From Pseudomonadota bacterium (GTDB lineage: Bacteria; Bdellovibrionota; FAC87; UBA2466): 38,333 nt of DNA. Below, piece after piece: positions 16,403 to 24,438 of this stretch. Below the pieces are notes generated by a model. It ran no database searches and had not been told where the DNA came from. It saw only the letters and a program-made list of their open reading frames with translations. A program made the position numbers and the translations under genes. The stretch's first letter is position 1. Each line of letters opens with the position of its first letter. The stretch covers positions 1 to 38,333 of the forward strand of contig JAYSWN010000055.1 of NCBI GenBank assembly GCA_043718025.1, read 5' to 3'.

Positions 16403-17722
16403 TCAATTCATCGGAAAAGTGGCCCAACTGCCAATTCCGCGCACTTTTCCACGATTCACCGGAATTTCGGCGATTCGCGCCGAAACTACGTGACGCAGAG
16501 TTGAGGGCATTAGTGGATTATTGAGCGATTGAATCTTCACTTCTGGCTCGCCGTCGCGAAAAAATTCTTTCCAGTGCTCTTTAGTGTTGGGATAACTCTC
16601 GAGATGGAGCACGTCGCGCAGAGAAATTTTTGAACAGCGGTAGATCCAGTGGTTCCACCAGCGATTGAGCTGGAGCGTTTTCTTGTCGGTAACCTCTTGC
16701 TGTTTGAACAGCGTGAGATTGTTTTTGTCTTCTTCTTCCCACGGTTTGGTTTCAATCAACAATTTTCCGAGTGCTTCGGCGAATGCTTTTTTCGGATCCG
16801 ATGAGGATCCGAACGTAAACAATGGCTTTTCGTCCACCCGGGTTCGCGAAAGGGCGGCCACCCCGACTACCCACGAAGGCGTGGAGTTTGGATAAAACAG
16901 CAGATGCAAATCATAACGTTGCAATAAAAAGAAGGGCACGTGATCGCGCAACCAACTATTCGCGCCAACCACGAGTAACGGCGTTTTCATCGAGGCGGCG
17001 TAGCGCTGCAACACTCGCTTTTTGGCGATTTCATGCATGGCGCTCACCAAGGCCTCTTCTTGCGTTCCGCCGCAACCTAAACCCTCTAGTTCGGCGTCAC
17101 CGGCGTGCGCGTAATACTCCTGCTTCTGGCTTCCGGTCTGAAGAATCTCAACCTCTTTAACCGTGTCGGAGGAGATTCCTAGGGTCGACTTTTTCAGCCA
17201 CTCTTGAAACGCATTAAAACGCGCATCCTCACGTTCATTTGCAACACCATATGCCGTGATTGAAGCTTGCGTAGAGGAGTCACCCCAATTGGCTCCCGAA
17301 GCGCGAGCCAGCCAGAGGTTACCTTGGGGTAGCGAATAGCGTGAGCAGACCAATTCTGAAATGGGAGAAAAGGCAAAGTGGGTATTCTTGCTCATGGTTT
17401 CTGGCCCCACGTATTTGTCTTTCGCACACTTGCAGCGGGGATGGGGGCAGACCAGGCCGTCTAGCCGGGTGGACGTGCCATCGGCCTGAATTTCAAAATA
17501 GACGTGGGCGGTGTTTAACAAAAGCAACTCGCCCAAAAGTTCGCGACGAATTTTTAGCTCGGCCAAGTCGGCAGTTTCATGAAACACATTGCGATCGGTA
17601 AGCCAGCCATCCACGCAGCCGGTGCAAGGAGATCCCTCTTCGGGTTTAAACGCCAAACCCAAAAGAAAGCCGCCACGGATTCGAAATAAAAATGGATAAA
17701 GCGCGTAAGGCTTACGATTCAC
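16403..17722 (-). CDS. Degenerate YcaO-like protein with an N-terminal E1/ThiF-like Cys remnant
   Basis: PCTGC, PHPRC.C, FSPI, GLGCGGTQEEALVSAMHE, FGSSSDPKKAFAEAL resemble fused cyclodehydratase/YcaO blocks; GTG start with SD GGAG. Confidence 0.6.
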   Translation of the reverse strand: MNRKPYALYPFLFRIRGGFLLGLAFKPEEGSPCTGCVDGWLTDRNVFHETADLAELKIRRELLGELLLLNTAHVYFEIQADGTSTRLDGLVCPHPRCKCAKDKYVGPETMSKNTHFAFSPISELVCSRYSLPQGNLWLARASGANWGDSSTQASITAYGVANEREDARFNAFQEWLKKSTLGISSDTVKEVEILQTGSQKQEYYAHAGDAELEGLGCGGTQEEALVSAMHEIAKKRVLQRYAASMKTPLLVVGANSWLRDHVPFFLLQRYDLHLLFYPNSTPSWVVGVAALSRTRVDEKPLFTFGSSSDPKKAFAEALGKLLIETKPWEEEDKNNLTLFKQQEVTDKKTLQLNRWWNHWIYRCSKISLRDVLHLESYPNTKEHWKEFFRDGEPEVKIQSLNNPLMPSTLRHVVSARIAEIPVNRGKVRGIGSWATFPMN

Positions 17723-17767
17723 AGTAAAAACTCCAAAGTAGATTTTCTCTTTTGGGAAAGCTCGCGC

Positions 17768-17796
17768 ATTATAGGTAAGCTAACTGCTGGTAACAA
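17768..17796 (-). promoter_or_regulatory. Sigma70-type promoter of the YcaO-like gene
   Basis: TTGTTA-N17-TATAAT on the minus strand, about 45 nt upstream of GTG 17722. Confidence 0.6.
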
Positions 17797-17947
17797 GACG
17801 CAATATTTGTCACCGGTAGTTCACGGCTAATAAATCGATGTGCCGAAAAAAGGCGGTTGCGCACAAGGTACGAAGAGCTCAAAAAGACGCCCCTTATTGT
17901 CACCGCGGGTGGGGAGCAGAGGCAGAAAGACGCGCCTCGAATAGAAT

Positions 17948-18967
17948 TTAAAGCTTCCCGGTCTTAACGTACCAGTCGTGGGTAAGCTGCAACGTCTTGG
18001 TCAACTCTTCGCGAGGGCGCCAACGGAATTGGCAAGAAAAGGCTTCGGACGAAACTACCCAACGTTCAGGCCAAATGTCTTTGACCCGATCGGCAGTAAG
18101 ATTAGGAATCTGACTTCGCCACTTAGGCACTCGTTCGACCACCTGAGAAACGCCCCAAAGCAACGGATGAGGAAGCTTAAGTAGATAGCCCTTCCGGTTT
18201 TGAGAATTCCCCACCATCTCGATAAGGCGCTCATCTGAGATCGGCTCTTCCGAGGCCACAAAAAAAGCCCGGCCGCTGACGCTTTCCCAGGTAGGGGCCT
18301 CCAGCGTAACCAAGATGGCATCGACCAGATCAGAGACGGCGATGTAACTAAAGAACTTGGTTTTGCCACCTGGCTTAAACCGCACCGGTAAACGGGTCAT
18401 TTTAAACAACGGTAATGTGGCGACATCACGCGGGCCAAAAATCATCGGCGGTCGAATAAAGATATAAGGACGCTCGGTGAGAGTCGGCCCGAACTCTGCG
18501 TTCACCTTTTGTTCCATTTCGAGTTTAGATTCGCCGTACCAGGTGACCGGACTTTCGGACTGGTCTTCTTTACGGGTTTGGTTGCCAACCGTGGGCCCGG
18601 CCGCGGCCTGGGACGACAAAATTACCGTTCGCGAGTTGGCCGCGACTTTGAGGGTGCGAAGCAGACTGAGGGTGCCTTCCACGTTGGTCTTACAATATTC
18701 AACGCGGGACATGGCAAATACCGAACCGGCGGAATGAATCACATGATCCATCGCCGGAAGTGCCGAAAAATCCCAGTGCGGGGCCGAAGCCTCTACCGCA
18801 ATCACGCGGCTCGGGACTTCATCAAAGCCGTCTCCCTGCAATTGAGCACGAAATTTTTCTTTACTGCGAACCGGAACGTAAATGGCTTCATAGCGCGCCT
18901 CTTCAAGCACTCGAAGCAAAATATTGCGGCCCACAAAACCGGTCACCCCGGTTAAAAACAGCTTCAT
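17948..18967 (-). CDS. Extended SDR / NAD-dependent epimerase-dehydratase; probable ceramide reductase (CerR-like)
   Basis: TGVTGFVG, SSQAA, YGESK, RPP.IFGPRD; third gene of the spt-GNAT operon. The family call is firm; the function is from context. Confidence 0.8.
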   Translation of the reverse strand: MKLFLTGVTGFVGRNILLRVLEEARYEAIYVPVRSKEKFRAQLQGDGFDEVPSRVIAVEASAPHWDFSALPAMDHVIHSAGSVFAMSRVEYCKTNVEGTLSLLRTLKVAANSRTVILSSQAAAGPTVGNQTRKEDQSESPVTWYGESKLEMEQKVNAEFGPTLTERPYIFIRPPMIFGPRDVATLPLFKMTRLPVRFKPGGKTKFFSYIAVSDLVDAILVTLEAPTWESVSGRAFFVASEEPISDERLIEMVGNSQNRKGYLLKLPHPLLWGVSQVVERVPKWRSQIPNLTADRVKDIWPERWVVSSEAFSCQFRWRPREELTKTLQLTHDWYVKTGKL

Positions 18968-18976
18968 ACGGTTCCT

Positions 18977-20098
18977 TTAGGCATTCATCGGCGGCGTCTC
19001 AAACAAACGGTAAGTCTTATGCTTTTCTCCGCCCATCACGCCGATACTCTTTATAATCTCTTCGTTATTCTCTTCGACCCAAGACAGCTCGCCTGATTTA
19101 TAGCGCTTACCGCCGGTCATGAGCGCTTCAGCATAAAAAAGAGCGGCCACCCCTTTTCCGCGAAACTCTGGCGCTACGCCCAGCACCGCAAGACGTGCCT
19201 CGCTGGGCCTTCGGGTCAATAAATTCCAAAGAAATTTAATTGGCCGGAGAGAGCTGGGCCAACGTCGAGCGCCCCACATAAACTCGTTCACATTCGGAAT
19301 GCATAGGCAGAAGCCGGCCGGAACGCCATTCTTCTCGGCGATGAGCACAAGTGCGGGGTCTAAAATTGCTTTGAGATCTTTGGCGGCAAACTGCAAGTCT
19401 TCGAGAGTGATGGGAACAAAACCCCAATTTCGATCCAACGTTTGGTTGTACAGCTGGTGAATGATCTTAATTTCATCATCCATTTTCGCCATATTAATGC
19501 GGCGGATAGTCAGCCCGGTAGACCGCTTCACCCGTTCGCAAATTTTTAAAATACGTTCGGGCGTTTTCAATTCCCCGTTGATACGAAAGGAGAAAAGATT
19601 GCGAGCGGTGACTAGACCTAGTTGATCGTAGATTTCAATATAGTAAGACGGATTGTACGGCATCATCACCATGGGGATGCTGTCAAAACCATCAACGAGT
19701 AACCCAACTTCGTCATTCACAGTCGGATTATATGGCCCGCGCATGGGAGAAAAACCGCGATCGGCCAATTCTTTCTGGGCGGTTTGGATTAGCGCTTTAG
19801 CGACTTCTAAATCATTGATGAAATCAAAAAAACCGAAAAAACCCAGCTTGTCGTTGTAGTGCTTATTGTGAGCTTCATTTATTACCGCACAAATACGGCC
19901 GACGGGCTCGCCATCTTTGTAGGCGACAAATGGCAGCAAAACCCCGTGCTTTTGGTACGGAGAGTCTGGCTTAAACATTTTGGTGATACTGCCCGGAAAA
20001 GGCGGAACGAAGTAAGGGTTGTTACGGTGCAACCGCTCCGGTATCCCCTCGAAAAGCTTCATCTGCGCTTTCGTTTGGCATTTTGAAATCGTAACCAC
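18977..20098 (-). CDS. GNAT-fold acyltransferase, probable bacterial ceramide synthase (bCerS-like)
   Basis: P.FVPP, GRI.A, GFFGFF, GPYNP..N.EVGLLVDGF, MPYNP.YY, NWGFVP, LGV.PEFR.KG, SWV.E.N; likely GTG start 20098 after a purine-rich SD. Confidence 0.8.
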   Translation of the reverse strand: MVTISKCQTKAQMKLFEGIPERLHRNNPYFVPPFPGSITKMFKPDSPYQKHGVLLPFVAYKDGEPVGRICAVINEAHNKHYNDKLGFFGFFDFINDLEVAKALIQTAQKELADRGFSPMRGPYNPTVNDEVGLLVDGFDSIPMVMMPYNPSYYIEIYDQLGLVTARNLFSFRINGELKTPERILKICERVKRSTGLTIRRINMAKMDDEIKIIHQLYNQTLDRNWGFVPITLEDLQFAAKDLKAILDPALVLIAEKNGVPAGFCLCIPNVNEFMWGARRWPSSLRPIKFLWNLLTRRPSEARLAVLGVAPEFRGKGVAALFYAEALMTGGKRYKSGELSWVEENNEEIIKSIGVMGGEKHKTYRLFETPPMNA

Positions 20099-21335
20099 TG
20101 CTTCCCTTCCTCTTCGTATCACCGGTGTAAACGGCATCCGCAAAAATGCCCAATTCTTTACCAATGCGGCCACAGGTTTCCAAGACGTAATCGAGCTCTT
20201 CTTCGGTATGGGTCGCCATGTAACTGGTTCGTACGATCGCCTCACCGTAACGAACCGCCGGGTAAACTGCCGGAGTGGTGAAGATACCGGCTTCGAAGAG
20301 CTTCTGACTAAAGACAAAGGCTTTCATCTCGCTGCCGATGAGCAACGGAATGATAGGGCTTCCGGTAGTGCCAATGTTAAACCCAAGTGACTTGAAGCCT
20401 TCTTGCATCTTCTTGGCATTTTTCCAAAGATTGGCCATGCGCTCTGGCTCTTCTTGCATGATCTGAAGGGCCCGAAGCACGCCGCCGGTAACCGCAGGGG
20501 CCAGCGCCGCCGTAAAAATAAAGCAACGAGCCTTATGCTTGAGGTATTCCACTACGTATTTGGGGCCAGCAATAAAGCCGCCCATTGAGCCAAGCGATTT
20601 CGAAAACGTGCCCATAACCAGATCCACGTCATTATTCATGTTGAAATGATGAACGACGCCTTCGCCCTTGGGACCAAACACACCGAGAGAATGGGCCTCA
20701 TCTACATATAAACGGGCACCAAATTCTTTGGCCACTTTAGATACCGCAGGCAGATCAACCAAGTCGCCCGACATGCTGAACACGCCGTCGACAATCACCA
20801 ATTTTCCACCCTCTTTAGGCAGGCGGGACAGACGTCGACGAAGGGCTTCGGGATTATTGTGCGCATACGGCACAGTCTTGGCGGCAGAAAAGCGGCATCC
20901 ATCTAAAATGCTGGCGTGGTTTTCGCGATCACACAAAATATAGTCGTCGCCTTCTAGAATGGTACCGAGCACGCCTTGGTTCACGAAAAAGCCGGTGGAA
21001 AACACCATAACCGATTCTTTTTGCATGAAGGTGGCAAGCTCTTCTTCAAGCTGTTCGTGAATTTTAAGGGTGCCGTTCAAGAAGCGCGAACCGGTGCAAC
21101 CTGCGCCGTATCTTCGAATTGCGGCCTGCGCGGCTTCAATCACTCGTTCGTCTTGGGCCAAGCCTAAATAATTATTTGAACCAATCATGATCTTACGGCG
21201 TCCGCCGACGATCACTTGATTTTCAAAAGTTCCTTCGATGCTTCGAAAATAGGGGTAAAGCCCCATAGCCTGGACGTTTGCGGCTTCGGTAAACTCAGCA
21301 CACTTGGCAAAAATGTCTTTATGTCCGTCGGTCAT
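20022..21335 (-). CDS. spt: Serine palmitoyltransferase (PLP-dependent alpha-oxoamine synthase)
   Basis: G.YPYF, GSNNYLGL, GCTGSRFLNGT, NHASI.DG, DGVFSM.GD, DEAH, GTFSKSLG (PLP Lys); ATG 21335 with SD; adjacent to bCerS-like and SDR genes. Confidence 0.85.
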   Translation of the reverse strand: MTDGHKDIFAKCAEFTEAANVQAMGLYPYFRSIEGTFENQVIVGGRRKIMIGSNNYLGLAQDERVIEAAQAAIRRYGAGCTGSRFLNGTLKIHEQLEEELATFMQKESVMVFSTGFFVNQGVLGTILEGDDYILCDRENHASILDGCRFSAAKTVPYAHNNPEALRRRLSRLPKEGGKLVIVDGVFSMSGDLVDLPAVSKVAKEFGARLYVDEAHSLGVFGPKGEGVVHHFNMNNDVDLVMGTFSKSLGSMGGFIAGPKYVVEYLKHKARCFIFTAALAPAVTGGVLRALQIMQEEPERMANLWKNAKKMQEGFKSLGFNIGTTGSPIIPLLIGSEMKAFVFSQKLFEAGIFTTPAVYPAVRYGEAIVRTSYMATHTEEELDYVLETCGRIGKELGIFADAVYTGDTKRKGSSGYDFKMPNESADEAFRGDTGAVAP

Positions 21336-21457
21336 TTTCTCTCCCCTAGTGCGTCCCATCTCGAGGCGCCTCTGTTGCTGTGCGTTAGGGTCAACAATCA
21401 CGAAGCGTCAAAGTTAACACTAAAACGTCAAAAACCACAGTCAAATCAAGGCTTTAA

Positions 21458-21506
21458 TGAATCACGTTCTTTTTTTGAACGGCGTTCATTTTTTGAATTG
21501 GCTTTT
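21458..21506. promoter_or_regulatory. Three TGAAY-N3-GTTCA-like boxes at 18-bp period (candidate TetR operator array)
   Basis: TGAATcacGTTCT (21458), perfect TGAACggcGTTCA (21476), degenerate TGAATtggCTTTT (21494), between the divergent spt and tetR genes. Confidence 0.6.
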
Positions 21507-21581
21507 GAAAGCTAACATTGAGATAAGCAACGCTTCTAGCATAACGAGATTTGAAAAGGGTAAGCTTTCGGCACGACGCGT

Positions 21582-22292
21582 ATGGGCATAAAAGAACGAA
21601 AAGAGCGTGAAAAACAGCGTCGTACCACCGACATCCTGGCGGCGGCCCAGGCGGTTTTTGAAACAAAGGGCGTGCTCAACACCACCCTTCAAGACGTGGC
21701 CAAATCTGCCGAAATTTCGGTCGGCCTGATCTACCGTTACTTTGAGTCCAAAGAAGATATTTTTGCCTCGCTTGCTCTGCAAGGTGCCGAGACATTTGAT
21801 ACTGCGCTCAGCGATATTTTGAAAAAAGCGTCGGTAGGCGGGCGCAAACGGCCCCATCCGGCCGATGTGCTGACTCAGATTGCCGAACGGTTCTTTGTTT
21901 TTTACTCTCCGTATGGCGACTACTTCGACATGCTTCTGTATTCCTACAAGGGCATGAACAAGAAGGTAAAAGTTCAGGGAAGCACCGTCACTAAACTGAT
22001 GAGCGTAACTTTAAACAGTCTTGATCAGCTTAAAGAGTACCTGCTCGCCACTCCTGAGTTTAAAGCTAAGGACGAAGACGAAGCATTGCGGGCCACCTTT
22101 TTACTTTGGGGAATGTTGCTGGGGCTGCAAAAACTTTTTGATAGCAGCGGACGTGGTCACCTCTTTGCTTTTGGCCAACCAGAATTTATTCGCGATATGG
22201 TTCAACAGATTTTCCGGGGAATCGCAAACCCTGAGACGGCCTCGGGCACCCGCAGCGCTAAAACTAGATCGCCATCGCCGGAGGCCCACTGA
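21582..22292 (+). CDS. TetR/AcrR family transcriptional regulator
   Basis: MGIKERKEREK..R...IL.AA..VF..KG...TT..DVAK.AEIS.G.IY.YF.SKE HTH. Confidence 0.95.
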   Translation: MGIKERKEREKQRRTTDILAAAQAVFETKGVLNTTLQDVAKSAEISVGLIYRYFESKEDIFASLALQGAETFDTALSDILKKASVGGRKRPHPADVLTQIAERFFVFYSPYGDYFDMLLYSYKGMNKKVKVQGSTVTKLMSVTLNSLDQLKEYLLATPEFKAKDEDEALRATFLLWGMLLGLQKLFDSSGRGHLFAFGQPEFIRDMVQQIFRGIANPETASGTRSAKTRSPSPEAH

Positions 22293-23035
22293 CCCCTTTT
22301 CCATGGAAACCAGAAAATATCCGCGCGGTATTTACTGATTTAGATGACACTCTCACCTTGCGCGGACAGTTGCCAAGCGCAGCGCTGGCAGCGCTTGAAC
22401 GGCTAAAAGCCAGTGGACGACACGTCGGAGTTGTTTCGGGATGCTCTTTCGGCTGGGCCGCCTGCCTAATCCGCCTGCTGCCGGTGGACGTCTTCATATT
22501 TGAAAACGGAGCGGGCTATTTTGCCAAAGTGGCCGGACGAATTCATTTGGTGGGGGTGGGACGTCGTGATGACCGTCGCGAAATGTCCTTTCTATTTTCT
22601 GAGTTAAAAAAGAAGCACCCAAACCTGGCGCTGGCCACCGATGACGAATTGCGTCGTTACGACTGCGCCATCGACATCGGTCAAGAACAGCAGGTTGATC
22701 CAAAACTCGTAGAAACAATTTTGCAATGGCTAACCTCTCACTCTGAGATTCAGGCCCGACCCAGTTCTATTCATATCAATTTTTGGAAAGGCACTTTTAA
22801 CAAGGCGTCGACCTTAGCCCTATGGCGAGAAACCGAAAATATTTCGAAAGAACATTCGCTTTACGTTGGTGACTCGTTGAACGATGAGCCACTCTTTGCG
22901 GAATACGCGATGTCAGTCGGGGTTGCCAATGTGGCAAAGCATCTCGCGCGCATGAAAAACCAACCCGTGTGGATCCTTAGGGGTGAAGGCGGAGAAGGTT
23001 TTTCCGAGTTAGCTGACGTAATCTGTCGACGGTAA
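22289..23035 (+). CDS. HAD-IIB family hydrolase/phosphatase, probable non-canonical CTG start
   Basis: In-frame IRAVFTDLDDTLT (motif I) lies upstream of the track's TTG start; also ENGA, NK, YVGDS.ND..LF, SVGVAN. GGAGG-ccca-CTG overlaps the tetR stop (CTGA). Confidence 0.85.
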   Translation: MTPFPWKPENIRAVFTDLDDTLTLRGQLPSAALAALERLKASGRHVGVVSGCSFGWAACLIRLLPVDVFIFENGAGYFAKVAGRIHLVGVGRRDDRREMSFLFSELKKKHPNLALATDDELRRYDCAIDIGQEQQVDPKLVETILQWLTSHSEIQARPSSIHINFWKGTFNKASTLALWRETENISKEHSLYVGDSLNDEPLFAEYAMSVGVANVAKHLARMKNQPVWILRGEGGEGFSELADVICRR

Positions 23036-23172
23036 TAAAACTTGCCCACCGTTTCGCGCGCCACAGCAAAAAATGCCTATTTTCCTGAGCTTAGGAATTT
23101 GGTATTACCTAAACTCCAGTACAGATTTCTTTTTACACATTAAATTCGAGTGAGCAGCGGGGTTGAGACGGC

Positions 23173-23844
23173 ATGGCAACGAGGCGTAGTGAGATCAAAG
23201 TAATCACTGGCGGCAACCAGATGTCGCTAATTCGCGATACCGAAGAGGTGATTAAATTTTTGGAATTTGCGGCCCGCAAAGGGATTTTGAATGAGACGGC
23301 AATACATTGCCGCCTAACCGCATGTCACAATCTGTTTGAGATGTTGAATGAGGATGAAGACAGCCTTAATTTCATTTCACAGAATCTCGACGTTCTAACT
23401 CACCGTTTCGGAAACAAGAACCCGAACGTTCAGGCGTCCACCCTCAAAGTTTATAAATCTCGTACCAAAAGTTCGATTGAAGACTTTAGGGCATGGAGCG
23501 CCGACCCCTTCGCTTGGGAGCGATGCGTAACCGAAAAGGCCAAAGCTTCGGCCTCGGAGAACCGTAAGGAAAAGCGAGGGAAGAAGAAAGCGTCCAAAGT
23601 GGTTAAGCCGACGTTAGAGGCTAGCGAGGGAGAACCACTGGAGGAGCCGCCAGTGCAGATGCCCGAAAGCAAGGTGCGACGGGTTTCTTTTCCCATTCGC
23701 GCGGATTTTAGTATCGAAATTTCAATTCCGGTGGAAGGCATCACCCAAAAAGAGTTGCACCGTTTGGGGTTGTTTCTTTACCCCTACTGCCAAGACCTAG
23801 AGGCTGAGCAGTTACGCTGGCCCAGTGGCTCTTGGGTGCAATAA
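23173..23844 (+). CDS. Hypothetical cytoplasmic protein, two domains with a K/E-rich linker, possibly DNA-binding
   Basis: 223 aa ORF filling the gap; helical N-domain (FLEFAARKG...TLKVYKSR...IEDF), C-terminal FPIR.D...I.IP motif. Confidence 0.75.
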   Translation: MATRRSEIKVITGGNQMSLIRDTEEVIKFLEFAARKGILNETAIHCRLTACHNLFEMLNEDEDSLNFISQNLDVLTHRFGNKNPNVQASTLKVYKSRTKSSIEDFRAWSADPFAWERCVTEKAKASASENRKEKRGKKKASKVVKPTLEASEGEPLEEPPVQMPESKVRRVSFPIRADFSIEISIPVEGITQKELHRLGLFLYPYCQDLEAEQLRWPSGSWVQ

Positions 23845-23851
23845 AAAAGGT

Positions 23852-24328
23852 TCAAAACCAGATCATCGGCGGGTTTTCGTCCTGGCAGGCAGTTTCTGAA
23901 TATTTCTGCATGAAATTGATGAGCTGCTGAATCACGTCGTAGCTTCGCGTGTTGCGATCTAGCTCACAGCCGTATTCCAAACCGTCGCGATCTTCGTCCT
24001 TGAAGGGCTTGACGCGCTTAATCTCCACCACCAACCGCAGGTAGGAACTTGGCGTGAAATAGAAGCGGAGGGCCACTTTGTCTTCCACCCTTAAGGGGTG
24101 GGTTGGCTTTTCTTCCCGAAACTTAATGCCCGAGAAACTGATGTCCATGATTTCTACATGGTGAAGCCCAGTCTTTTCGGCAAAGCTATAAACGCCTAGA
24201 ATGCGATTAAACAGTACCCGTTCGTACTCCCGCCGCCGCTCTTCGCTCTTATTTTTTCGATAATCAATCAGGTCAACGATCTTTTCGCTAGAACGAGTGG
24301 TACCCGACTTATCCTTCGATTTCTTCAT
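23852..24328 (-). CDS. Stand-alone PilZ domain (c-di-GMP receptor)
   Basis: RxxxR (RREYER) and DxSxxG (DISFSG) motifs, V..EIKRV, YGCE. Confidence 0.85.
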   Translation of the reverse strand: MKKSKDKSGTTRSSEKIVDLIDYRKNKSEERRREYERVLFNRILGVYSFAEKTGLHHVEIMDISFSGIKFREEKPTHPLRVEDKVALRFYFTPSSYLRLVVEIKRVKPFKDEDRDGLEYGCELDRNTRSYDVIQQLINFMQKYSETACQDENPPMIWF

Positions 24329-24438
24329 TTAGTTGTCCGGGGAAGAGTGGTTAGACTTTGCCATCCCTATTATAGTCGGCGTTTGAGAAGAAACAACGAC
24401 GCGGAGAATAACGGGACATCTCTCGACGATAGCGTCAC

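Noticed and set aside
20099..20317. N-terminal 73 aa of the 446-aa ORF in the track
   Set aside because: Lies inside spt in another frame and looks non-protein-like; family similarity begins at the GTG at 20098.
20022..21335. Annotation as BioF or Kbl
   Set aside because: The GTFSKS lysine motif and adjacency to bCerS-like and SDR genes favour Spt; no bio or tdh genes nearby. Not formally excluded without a phylogeny.
24329..24364. 11-codon in-frame uORF ending immediately before the PilZ ATG
   Set aside because: Its ATG is only 4 nt from a TATAAT box, so it is probably not in the transcript; no other support. The adjacent GCCGACTA sigma28-like box lacks a matching -35.
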